Source of the DNA: a candidate division WWE3 bacterium GW2011_GWC2_41_23
Lineage (GTDB): Bacteria > Patescibacteriota > WWE3 > UBA101185 > UBA10185
DNA length: 52,130 bases
Assembly (NCBI GenBank): GCA_000996895.1
Contig: LCBB01000006.1
Coordinates: 1 to 52,130 of the forward strand
Reading direction: 5' to 3'
Below the pieces are notes generated by a model. That model was not told the DNA's origin, ran no database searches, and saw only the letters and a list, made by a program, of their open reading frames with translations. Below are positions 26,767-34,794 of the stretch, in pieces. A program made the translations under genes and the position numbers. How positions within the stretch are numbered: position 1 is the stretch's first letter; every line of letters starts with the position of its first letter.

Positions 26767-28961
26767 TCCGCTTCCTCAATCTTTTCAGCTCTTACTGTCG
26801 CAGGACACAAACTCTTAGGTACAACCGACCCCTTAATAAACACATCTGTTCTGCTGCATCCTTCATCCTTCTTAACAAACACTCCCGAAGGCATGTCAAA
26901 AATCTCATCGGCTTTTTCCGCCAAAACCTCGGACATAATTCTGTTCCAAATTGGTGCCGCTCCTGTTAATCCCGAGGCCATGTACTTATTCATCGGCTTG
27001 TTGTCGTTATTTCCCACCCACACCCCGACCGTGTACGAAGGAGTGAAACCGAAAGTCCAGTTGTCTTTTATTTGGTCCGTCGTCCCTGTTTTTACTGCTA
27101 TATGTTTGTCAGGGACGGTAAGAAAGTTTCTAGTACCGAAAGCCGGAAGTCTCGCCTGATTATCCGATAAAATGTGCCACATCAGATAGGACACCTCTTC
27201 CGATATTACCTGCCGGGGATAAACCTGCTTTTTCGAAAAAATCTCGTACCCTCTTCCGTCTCTTATGGAAATAATAGAACAAGGCTCGGCGTAGGCTCCC
27301 TTTCTCGCCAGTGTTGTGTAAACGTTAGCGAGATCCAGCAACCTTACTTCTTTTCCTCCAAGTGTGACTGACAAACCGTACGAACCGTCAACTTTCCAGT
27401 TGGTAAGCCCCATATCATGTCCTAAAGCCACTATATTATCGGGGCCTAATGCTTTGGCCACTTTTACCGCCGGTACATTATAAGAATTAGCCAAAGCACT
27501 TCTTAACGTAACATCTCCGTGGTATCTGCCGTCGTAATTAACGGGTTTATAAGATTCCGAACCGGGAGATTTATAAGTAATAGGCGAATCCTTCAAAATG
27601 GTCGCGGGAGTAAATTTATCAGCCAGCGCCAGCGAGTACGTGACCGGTTTTATAGACGAACCCGGCTGTCTGTAAGAAATTACAACATCGTAAGCTCCCC
27701 AGCCCGGAGCAAAATAATCCAATGAACCCACATAAGATAATATCTCAACATTTTTTACGTCGAGAACTACAGAAGCTCCGTTGGTAAAACCGTACTTTGT
27801 TCCTTTTTGAACTTCGTCAAAAATTATTGCTTCGGCTTTTTGCTGCAGCTTATAATCTAAAGTGGTTGTAACCTTCAGACCACCGCGGTTAACAAAGTTG
27901 CTGCCGTACATATTTTCCAGCGTTTGCCTGACATAATTTACAAAGTGGGGTGCCCCTATAAAATCTTTCTGAGGTGAGATATTCAATTCTTGGGAAAACG
28001 CCGCCGTTGCTTCCTCACTATTTATGTAGCCCAGTGAAAACATCCGGTCCAATACATATTTTTGTCTTTCCTTTGCTATACCGAGATCGTTTAATGGAGA
28101 GTAAAGGGACGGGGACGAAGGCAGACCTGCCAACATTGCGGATTCAGCTAAATTCAGTTCCCACGCATTTTTCCCGAAATATTTCTGAGATGCCGACTGA
28201 ATACCCCAGGCATTTCCGCCGTACGCAATGTTGTTGAGATACATTTCCAAGATTTGCTCTTTAGAATATTTGGCTTCTACCATCACGGATAAAACTGCCT
28301 CCTTAACTTTTCTAGAGAAAGTTCTTTCGGGGGTTAATAAAACATTCTTAACCAGCTGCTGTGTGATTGTCGAGCCTCCCTGCTTATCTCCGTCCATAAA
28401 TGTCTTTCTAAAAGCTCTGAGTATGCTGTCGGGCCTGAGTCCTCCGTGAATGTAGAAAAGTGAATCCTCGACCGCAATCGTCGCATCTATAGCGTTTTCC
28501 GGAATACGGTCAAGTTTAACCGGATCATATTTTTTATCTGCGTAGATTTCATAAAGTAGGACACCGTTGCGGTCGAGTATTTGTGTGGGTCCGTATTTCT
28601 GCTCAATTGTCAGCATTTCCGGGCTCGGTAATTCTTTAAACCAGGAGTGCACAACATAGGGAACAAACACAAACAAAAGCGTTATCAAAGCACCGAGCAG
28701 AAAGAGTCGGATTTTCTTAAAAATGCTGTTTAACAACGCCAACATAAACACCGGAATTTCTAAAATTCTTTTTACACTTTTTGGTATTTGCAAACGGGGT
28801 ACTTTTATTTTTGGAAATACAAAAAATAAGTGCTTCTTCTTACGTTTGATAACTTTTTTTATAGATTTATTTACACGGTCATGAAGATGGAGAAAAAAGT
28901 AGCCGAAGGTTTTAGGAAGTTTTAATAAGAATGCACCAATTTTAATTGGAGTGTTTAGCAT
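26763..28961 (-). CDS. Class A penicillin-binding protein (transglycosylase + transpeptidase)
   Basis: EDSLFYIHGG, GGSTITQQLVK, RKVKE, YLN (GT51); SSIK, SYN, KTGT transpeptidase motifs. Confidence 0.95.
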   Translation of the reverse strand: MLNTPIKIGAFLLKLPKTFGYFFLHLHDRVNKSIKKVIKRKKKHLFFVFPKIKVPRLQIPKSVKRILEIPVFMLALLNSIFKKIRLFLLGALITLLFVFVPYVVHSWFKELPSPEMLTIEQKYGPTQILDRNGVLLYEIYADKKYDPVKLDRIPENAIDATIAVEDSLFYIHGGLRPDSILRAFRKTFMDGDKQGGSTITQQLVKNVLLTPERTFSRKVKEAVLSVMVEAKYSKEQILEMYLNNIAYGGNAWGIQSASQKYFGKNAWELNLAESAMLAGLPSSPSLYSPLNDLGIAKERQKYVLDRMFSLGYINSEEATAAFSQELNISPQKDFIGAPHFVNYVRQTLENMYGSNFVNRGGLKVTTTLDYKLQQKAEAIIFDEVQKGTKYGFTNGASVVLDVKNVEILSYVGSLDYFAPGWGAYDVVISYRQPGSSIKPVTYSLALADKFTPATILKDSPITYKSPGSESYKPVNYDGRYHGDVTLRSALANSYNVPAVKVAKALGPDNIVALGHDMGLTNWKVDGSYGLSVTLGGKEVRLLDLANVYTTLARKGAYAEPCSIISIRDGRGYEIFSKKQVYPRQVISEEVSYLMWHILSDNQARLPAFGTRNFLTVPDKHIAVKTGTTDQIKDNWTFGFTPSYTVGVWVGNNDNKPMNKYMASGLTGAAPIWNRIMSEVLAEKADEIFDMPSGVFVKKDEGCSRTDVFIKGSVVPKSLCPATVRAEKIEEAD

Positions 28962-28973
28962 CTATCTGAGCAG

Positions 28974-29002
28974 ATTTTAGTTTAGGATTTTTAGAGAGTC
29001 AA
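28974..29002 (-). promoter_or_regulatory. Sigma70-type promoter of the class A PBP gene
   Basis: TTGACT-17 nt-TAAAAT, 12 nt before ATG 28961. Confidence 0.7.
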
Positions 29003-29082
29003 CAGATATTTTGTGGTCTTTTTATGCCTTAGTTACGCTATTTTCAGAACGTCTTTTTAATACTAAGATGCCGGTTAGTATA

Positions 29083-31080
29083 TTAATCTAGAAGTTTTTT
29101 TAACTCGCGTACCCTATCGCGTAACACCGCCGCTTTTTCAAAATTCAAAACCTCAGCTTCGTAAACCATTTCCTTTTCAAGATTTTTAATCTCTTTTTTC
29201 AATTCTTTAGGGGGCAATTGTCGATAATCTATATCCTCGCGTCCGTGTCTTTTCCCGCGTTGTTCGTCCAACACTTCTTCCAGTTCTTCATCTATAAGTT
29301 TTTCGCGGCGCGGTTTCGATATATTTTGAGGTTCTAAACCGTGTTCGGTGTTGTATTTAACTTGGATGGCGCGCCTTCTGTCTACTTCCGCAATCGCTCT
29401 TTTCATGCTTCCCGTCATATTGTCCGCGTACATTACTACCTCTCCGGAAATATGCCTCGCTGCCCTTCCCATAGTCTGAATTAGAGAAGTTTCGGACCTT
29501 AAAAACCCTTCTTTGTCAGCATCCAAAATTGCTACTAAAGAAACTTCGGGCAAGTCCAAACCTTCACGAAGTAAATTAATTCCGACCAATACGTCATATT
29601 TTCCGCTTCGTAGATTATCCAAAATATCGGTTCTTTCCAAAGTATCGATATCCGAGTGTAAGTAGGTTACTTTAATTCCCTTTTCCGTCATGTATTCGGC
29701 CATTTCCTCGGCCATTCTTTTAGTTAACGTTGTGATGAGCACTCTTTCTTTTCTCGCGATTCTTTCTTTAACTTTTCCCAGCAAATCTTCTATCTGTCCT
29801 TTAGAGGGAAGCATTGTTACTTTGGGGTCAATGATCCCGGTAGGTCTGATTAATATTTCAGCGACGTTGTTTTCCGATTTTTCTAATTCCCACTCGTCGG
29901 GTGTAGCACTTACATAAATAACCTGGTTAACTCTTTGCTCAAATTCATCAAAATTCAAAGGTCTGTTGTCCATAGCCGAAGGAAGTCTAAAACCGTAATC
30001 GACAAGAACCTGTTTTCTTGAGCGGTCCCCGTTATGCATTCCCCGTACCTGAGGAACCGTAATATGAGATTCGTCTATTACCAACAAATAATCTTTAGGA
30101 AAATATTCCATTAATGAGTGCGGAGCGTCTCCGGGATTTCTTCCGTCAAAATACCTGGAATAATTTTCAATTCCTTTGCAGTACCCGATCTCCTGTATCA
30201 TTTCCAAATCGTAATTTGTTCTCTGCTCGAGACGGTAAGCTTCCAGCTGTTTGCCGCCTTTTCTCAAAAAATCCAACCTTAAAGCCAGGTCTTCTTTTAT
30301 TTGAGCCAGGGCGGCTACGCGGGTTTCTTCCGGGGCAACGTAATGCTTCGCCGGGTAAATTACCACCATTTCCTGAAATTGTTGTTGCACATATTGCCCT
30401 GTCAGAGGGTCCATGTAGTTTATACTAATTAGAGTATCGTCGGAGAGCTCGAGTCTGACCGCGTGATCCTGGTAAGCCAGGTAAACATCTATAACGTCCC
30501 CTGTTACGCGGTACGTACCGCGGTAAAAATCGTACTCAGACCGGTCGTAATAAATCTGGGAAAGTCTTTTTAATAAATCTATCTTCCTTATTTTCATTCC
30601 GGTCCTTAATTCCAAAGCTACCTTCGAATATTCTGCCGGACTTCCCAAGTTATAAATGCACGAAACCGACGAAACAACTATGACGTCTTTTCTGGTCATT
30701 AATGAAGTGGTCGCTGAAAGTCTTAACTTATCTATCTTTTCGTTTATATCGGAATCTTTTTCTATGTAAGTGTCGGTTGAAGGTATGTAACTTTCGGGCT
30801 GGTAGTAGTCGTAGTAACTTACAAAATATTCGACGGCGTTTTCAGGAAAGAACTCACGGAACTCCTGATAAAGCTGGGCGGCCAATGTTTTATTATGTGA
30901 AATTATAAGGGTCGGTTTTTGTACATTTTTGATAACGTTCGCAATTGCAAATGTTTTTCCGCTTCCTGTAACACCTAACAACACCTGATCTCTGACACCG
31001 GACTCAAGTTTTTTTGTGAGTTGCTCTATTGCGGCAGGCTGGTCACCGGTGGGTTGAAAAGGAGAAACTAATTTAAACAT
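29083..31080 (-). CDS. uvrB: Excinuclease ABC subunit B
   Basis: GDQP, GVTGSGKT, SYYDYYQPE, DESH, QTMGRAAR, C-terminal UVR (FEKAAVLRD). ATG 31080 preferred. Confidence 0.98.
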   Translation of the reverse strand: MFKLVSPFQPTGDQPAAIEQLTKKLESGVRDQVLLGVTGSGKTFAIANVIKNVQKPTLIISHNKTLAAQLYQEFREFFPENAVEYFVSYYDYYQPESYIPSTDTYIEKDSDINEKIDKLRLSATTSLMTRKDVIVVSSVSCIYNLGSPAEYSKVALELRTGMKIRKIDLLKRLSQIYYDRSEYDFYRGTYRVTGDVIDVYLAYQDHAVRLELSDDTLISINYMDPLTGQYVQQQFQEMVVIYPAKHYVAPEETRVAALAQIKEDLALRLDFLRKGGKQLEAYRLEQRTNYDLEMIQEIGYCKGIENYSRYFDGRNPGDAPHSLMEYFPKDYLLVIDESHITVPQVRGMHNGDRSRKQVLVDYGFRLPSAMDNRPLNFDEFEQRVNQVIYVSATPDEWELEKSENNVAEILIRPTGIIDPKVTMLPSKGQIEDLLGKVKERIARKERVLITTLTKRMAEEMAEYMTEKGIKVTYLHSDIDTLERTDILDNLRSGKYDVLVGINLLREGLDLPEVSLVAILDADKEGFLRSETSLIQTMGRAARHISGEVVMYADNMTGSMKRAIAEVDRRRAIQVKYNTEHGLEPQNISKPRREKLIDEELEEVLDEQRGKRHGREDIDYRQLPPKELKKEIKNLEKEMVYEAEVLNFEKAAVLRDRVRELKKLLD

Positions 31081-31124
31081 CAAAAAAGATTTTATCACAC
31101 TTTTGGGTTTTATTTGGTAATTAT

Positions 31125-31153
31125 TTGCTTTAAGAGCCGAAAAATAATATACT
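31125..31153 (+). promoter_or_regulatory. Sigma70-type promoter of the 52-aa small ORF
   Basis: TTGCTT-17 nt-TATACT. Confidence 0.7.
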
Positions 31154-31185
31154 GAGAGTTGGCCTAAATATCAAAGGAGGAGAAA

Positions 31186-31344
31186 ATGAACGAATCTAAG
31201 TGGGCCCGCTACGAAGCGGAAGCACACAGGGCGGCGGCAATGGTTTTCTGGGCAGATTTCTTTAAGATTCTAGGAATCCTATTAACTTCCTGGCAAACTT
31301 ACGTCTTTGCTTTTGTAGTTTGGGGGCTGATTAAAATATTTTGA
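31186..31344 (+). CDS. Small hydrophobic membrane protein, 52 aa (not in ORF track)
   Basis: MNESKWARYEAEAHRAAAMVFWADFFKILGILLTSWQTYVFAFVVWGLIKIF; SD AAAGGAGG 5 nt upstream, own promoter, double stop TGATAA, downstream terminator. Confidence 0.82.
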   Translation: MNESKWARYEAEAHRAAAMVFWADFFKILGILLTSWQTYVFAFVVWGLIKIF

Positions 31345-31412
31345 TAACCAACATCTGCCGGGCTTTTTCGGGATCCCTACCCATCCACACATACCTACGC
31401 CCGGTACCACAT

Positions 31413-31452
31413 ATGCCGTGAAACCCTTTAAAAGCTTCACGGCATTTTTCTT
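31413..31452 (+). terminator. Intrinsic terminator between the small ORF and lexA
   Basis: ATGCCGTGAA (31413-31422) / TTCACGGCAT (31436-31445) followed by TTTTCTT. Confidence 0.75.
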
Positions 31453-31453
31453 C

Positions 31454-31483
31454 TTGACATCTTCGTATAATATTCGGTAGTAT
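31454..31483 (+). promoter_or_regulatory. lexA promoter with candidate direct-repeat LexA operator in the spacer
   Basis: TTGACA-18 nt-TAGTAT; TTCGT-ataata-TTCGG at 31462-31477. Confidence 0.65.
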
Positions 31484-31529
31484 AAAAGCACCAAAGAAAA
31501 GCCGTAACAATTTCTTGAGGAGGAAAATA

Positions 31530-32162
31530 ATGAGTCCCGTAACACTTTATAAAAGACAAAAACAAATTTTAGACTATATTTCCCAATATATTCAGGTTAA
31601 CGGCCATTCCCCAACCCTGCAGGAAATCGCAAATTCCATGGATTTATCATCTTTAGCTACGGTACACGAGCATATTCAGGCTTTAGAGAAAAAAGGCGTC
31701 ATCAAGAAATACGAAGGTTCGGTTAGAGGTATTGAAATTTTGGACAGAACTTTTAATACATCCTTGTCGGCCGTAGAACTACCTCTAGTGGGCTACATCG
31801 CTGCCGGTGAACCGATTGAGGCAATAGAGAATCCTTTGGCCACCGTTACCGTAAGCTCGGACATTGTCTCCAAAACAAAAAGGTGTTTCGTACTGCAGGT
31901 CAAAGGAGATTCAATGATAGACATGGGTATTTTCGACGGGGACCACGTGGTAATTCAACAGCAGAACACAGCCGGGGATGGACAAATAATCGTGGCACTC
32001 ATAGATAACGAATTTGCCACTTTAAAAACGCTTTATCACGAAAAAAACGGACAGATAAGACTTCAGCCGGCGAATGCCAAGATGGATCCGATTTTTGTAG
32101 AACCAAAAAGCCTAAGCATACAGGGAGTCGTAACAGGGGTAATAAGAAGATTTAAAAACTAG
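31530..32162 (+). CDS. lexA: SOS repressor LexA
   Basis: RQKQILDYI...SPTLQEIA winged helix, IAAG cleavage site, VKGDSM catalytic Ser, ATLK catalytic Lys; SD GAGGAGG before ATG 31530. Confidence 0.96.
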   Translation: MSPVTLYKRQKQILDYISQYIQVNGHSPTLQEIANSMDLSSLATVHEHIQALEKKGVIKKYEGSVRGIEILDRTFNTSLSAVELPLVGYIAAGEPIEAIENPLATVTVSSDIVSKTKRCFVLQVKGDSMIDMGIFDGDHVVIQQQNTAGDGQIIVALIDNEFATLKTLYHEKNGQIRLQPANAKMDPIFVEPKSLSIQGVVTGVIRRFKN

Positions 32163-32794
32163 GCTCTTCTTTTTTATTGCCCGAGCGTGATTTGCTTTTT
32201 ATAAACTCAGCAACCATCGGCATCACCGACAGGAAAATGATAACAAAAACAACTAGAGAAAAGTTTTCTTTTACCTTAGGTATGTTGCCGAAAAAGTATC
32301 CCGCGAAAAGAAAGCAGGCAACCCACACCAGCCCCCCTAAAATGTTATACGCAATGAAATGTCTATAACTCATCTTTCCTATTCCCGCTACAAACGGAGC
32401 AAAAGTCCTTACAATAGGTATAAAACGCGCTAAAAATATAGTTTTACCCCTGAGTTTTATCGATATGTTCCTTCTTTATGGGAAGTTTGGGATTGCTGAT
32501 GATTTTTTCTCCAAAAAAATGTCCGATCCAATAGTTTACTGTATCTCCCAAAAAGGCTGCTAACCAAAGTAAAAAGAAAAGTAAGACTATGTTAAATGAT
32601 CCGAGAGCCGCAAAGGCGCCTGCAGCAAAAAGAAGAGAGTCTCCCGGAAGAAACGGCGTAAAAACCAATCCTGTTTCTATAAAAATGATTACAAATAAAA
32701 TTAAATAGGATAACGTTCCGTACTGAGCGATTATTTCCCCCAAATGAACATCTATATGCAAGACGAACGAAATAATTCCTGAAATTATGTCCAT
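32152..32794 (-). pseudogene. dedA: DedA-family membrane protein split by a frameshifting deletion
   Basis: 5' ORF has FIETGL..PFLPGDSLLF, GDTVNYWIG and stops at KTQG*; the +1 frame continues [22 protein letters not shown]...FIAYN. The usual F(F/Y)xKxG segment is missing at 32444-32452. Confidence 0.8.
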
Positions 32795-32829
32795 TTCAAG
32801 ATGATAACATTTTGTGCTACGATTTAAAA

Positions 32830-33528
32830 ATGATAGATACTGCCCTTCTGAATGATTATTATAAGAAGTACGGCAAAAAGAAAGTCGACGAAGCGCTCAG
32901 CTTATTAAACTACAAAAGTGCGGACGTCATGCCTAAAAATGAGGCTCGCGACAAACCTGTGATGTACATTTTCAGGCACGGGCAGACTGAAGACAACGCA
33001 AATTTTGTGTTCAGCGGTTGGCGTGATTCTGCGCTAACGGATAAAGGCAAGGAACAGGCACTGGAACTGGCGGAAAAAATAAAAGACAAGAAAATTCATA
33101 TGTTAATCTCCTCCCCCCAAATAAGAGCTGTAGATACAATGAAAATTGCATTTTCACATAATAAGAAAGCCGCACTTTTGGAAATAAACACCGACGAACG
33201 TATAAAAGAACGTTCTTACGGCGTACTACAAGGCAAAAGTAAGCTGGAAATTCAGCTGGAAGATCCGAAGTTATCATTAAAAATAAGACGTTCGTTCGAT
33301 TACCAACCCGATGAAGGCGAAAGCATAAAAATGGTTTGTGAAAGAGTAAAAGCTTTTTGCGATGAAATGGTACCTCTAATGAAACAGCACAAAATAAACA
33401 TAGCAGTTTCTTGTCACGGAAATTCAATCAGAGGTTTTAGGAAATATTTTGAAAACTTGTCGGATGAAGAAACTGCGACAGTGGAAACTCCTCTGGCTAA
33501 AGACTACGCCGCATACACCATAGAATAA
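32830..33528 (+). CDS. gpmA: Histidine phosphatase family protein, probable 2,3-BPG-dependent phosphoglycerate mutase
   Basis: RHG, FSGWRD, ERSYGVLQG, GES, SCHGNSIRG motifs; adjacent to enolase. ATG 32830 has TACGAT 6 nt upstream. Confidence 0.82.
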   Translation: MIDTALLNDYYKKYGKKKVDEALSLLNYKSADVMPKNEARDKPVMYIFRHGQTEDNANFVFSGWRDSALTDKGKEQALELAEKIKDKKIHMLISSPQIRAVDTMKIAFSHNKKAALLEINTDERIKERSYGVLQGKSKLEIQLEDPKLSLKIRRSFDYQPDEGESIKMVCERVKAFCDEMVPLMKQHKINIAVSCHGNSIRGFRKYFENLSDEETATVETPLAKDYAAYTIE

Positions 33529-34761
33529 TTATTTGTTGTGAGCGTTGAAAATCTGCAAAAGTCTGTTGTATTTCACTACCCTTTCGCCTCTCACAGGTGC
33601 ACCGGACTTAATAAAATCCGCGCCGACCGCCAGCGAAAGATCGGCAATAAAAGTATCTTCTCCTGTTTCTCCGCTTCTGTGTGAAACTATAATTTTCATT
33701 CCAGCTTTTTGAGCATTACGTACAAACTCAAACGTTTCCGATAATGTTCCGACCTGATTGGGCTTCACAATAACCGCGTTAGCGAGTTTTCTGTCTACCG
33801 CGTTTTTTAGAAACTTCGGGTTTGTAACAACGAGATCATCTCCCACAACCATCAAACGACTGCCGACGGCCTTCGTAAATTTTGCCCATGCTTCGGCGTC
33901 CCCTTCATAAAATGGATCTTCAAGATAAATCAAAGGGTATGTTGTTAGTAAATCTATATACATTTGTGACATTTTGTTGCTGTCAAGTGTCTTTTTTTCT
34001 TCTTTTATTAAGTAGGAATTATGCATATAGAAAGAACCGGCCGCTACGTCCATTCCCATAAAAAGCTGCTCACCCAATTTGTAACTTTGAGAAGCGGCTT
34101 TGGAGATATATTGAAGTGCTTTGGAAACGGTTAAGTTATTCGGAGCAAAACCGCCCTCATCACCAACGTCTACATCGAGCCCGTCTTTTATAAGAATTTC
34201 CTTAAGATTGTGGTAAACCACAACTCCCATTTCCAAAGCTTTATCAAAAGGAAGCGTGGGTGAGGGTATTGCCATAAATTCCTGAAACGAAAGGCTGTTG
34301 TGGGAATGCAAGCCGCCGTTAATTATATTAAAGACAGGCACGGGAAATTTTAGCTTGGCGCTAGGATCTTTTTTCGGTGTGTACAAATGGGCTAAGTATT
34401 CATAAAGCTCCATTTTTTTAGATTTCGCAGACGCCTTCGCAACAGCTAAAGAAACGGAAAGGATGCTATTCCCCCCAAGGTGTTTCTTATTTGTCGTACC
34501 GTCCATATCAAGAAGAATCTGATCTATCACGAACTGCTCCGTAGGATCTTCCCCCTCTAAAGCATCGTTTATAGCCGTGCTTACAATATCAACGGCTCTT
34601 TCAACCGGAATATAAACAGCCTCATTCTCCCCTTTAGAAGCACCGTCGGGAATTGCCTGACTGCCTTCAGATCCGTCATCTAAGGTGACTTTGGTCTCGA
34701 TAGTCCAGTCGCCCCTGGAGTTTAAAATCTTTTGGCAGGTTATGCTTTTTATCTTTGGCAT
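33529..34761 (-). CDS. eno: Enolase
   Basis: ILNSRG, GASKG, NGGLH, FQEFM, GDEGGFAP, LEDP, VGDD, KPNQ, SHRSGET. Confidence 0.96.
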   Translation of the reverse strand: MPKIKSITCQKILNSRGDWTIETKVTLDDGSEGSQAIPDGASKGENEAVYIPVERAVDIVSTAINDALEGEDPTEQFVIDQILLDMDGTTNKKHLGGNSILSVSLAVAKASAKSKKMELYEYLAHLYTPKKDPSAKLKFPVPVFNIINGGLHSHNSLSFQEFMAIPSPTLPFDKALEMGVVVYHNLKEILIKDGLDVDVGDEGGFAPNNLTVSKALQYISKAASQSYKLGEQLFMGMDVAAGSFYMHNSYLIKEEKKTLDSNKMSQMYIDLLTTYPLIYLEDPFYEGDAEAWAKFTKAVGSRLMVVGDDLVVTNPKFLKNAVDRKLANAVIVKPNQVGTLSETFEFVRNAQKAGMKIIVSHRSGETGEDTFIADLSLAVGADFIKSGAPVRGERVVKYNRLLQIFNAHNK

Positions 34762-34794
34762 TATTATTTTGTAGTAGACCGGTTAGCCCGTTCT

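Noticed and set aside
31282-31545. 87-aa minus-strand ORF
   Set aside because: Overlaps the better-supported 52-aa gene, its terminator and the lexA promoter; CTG start with no signals.
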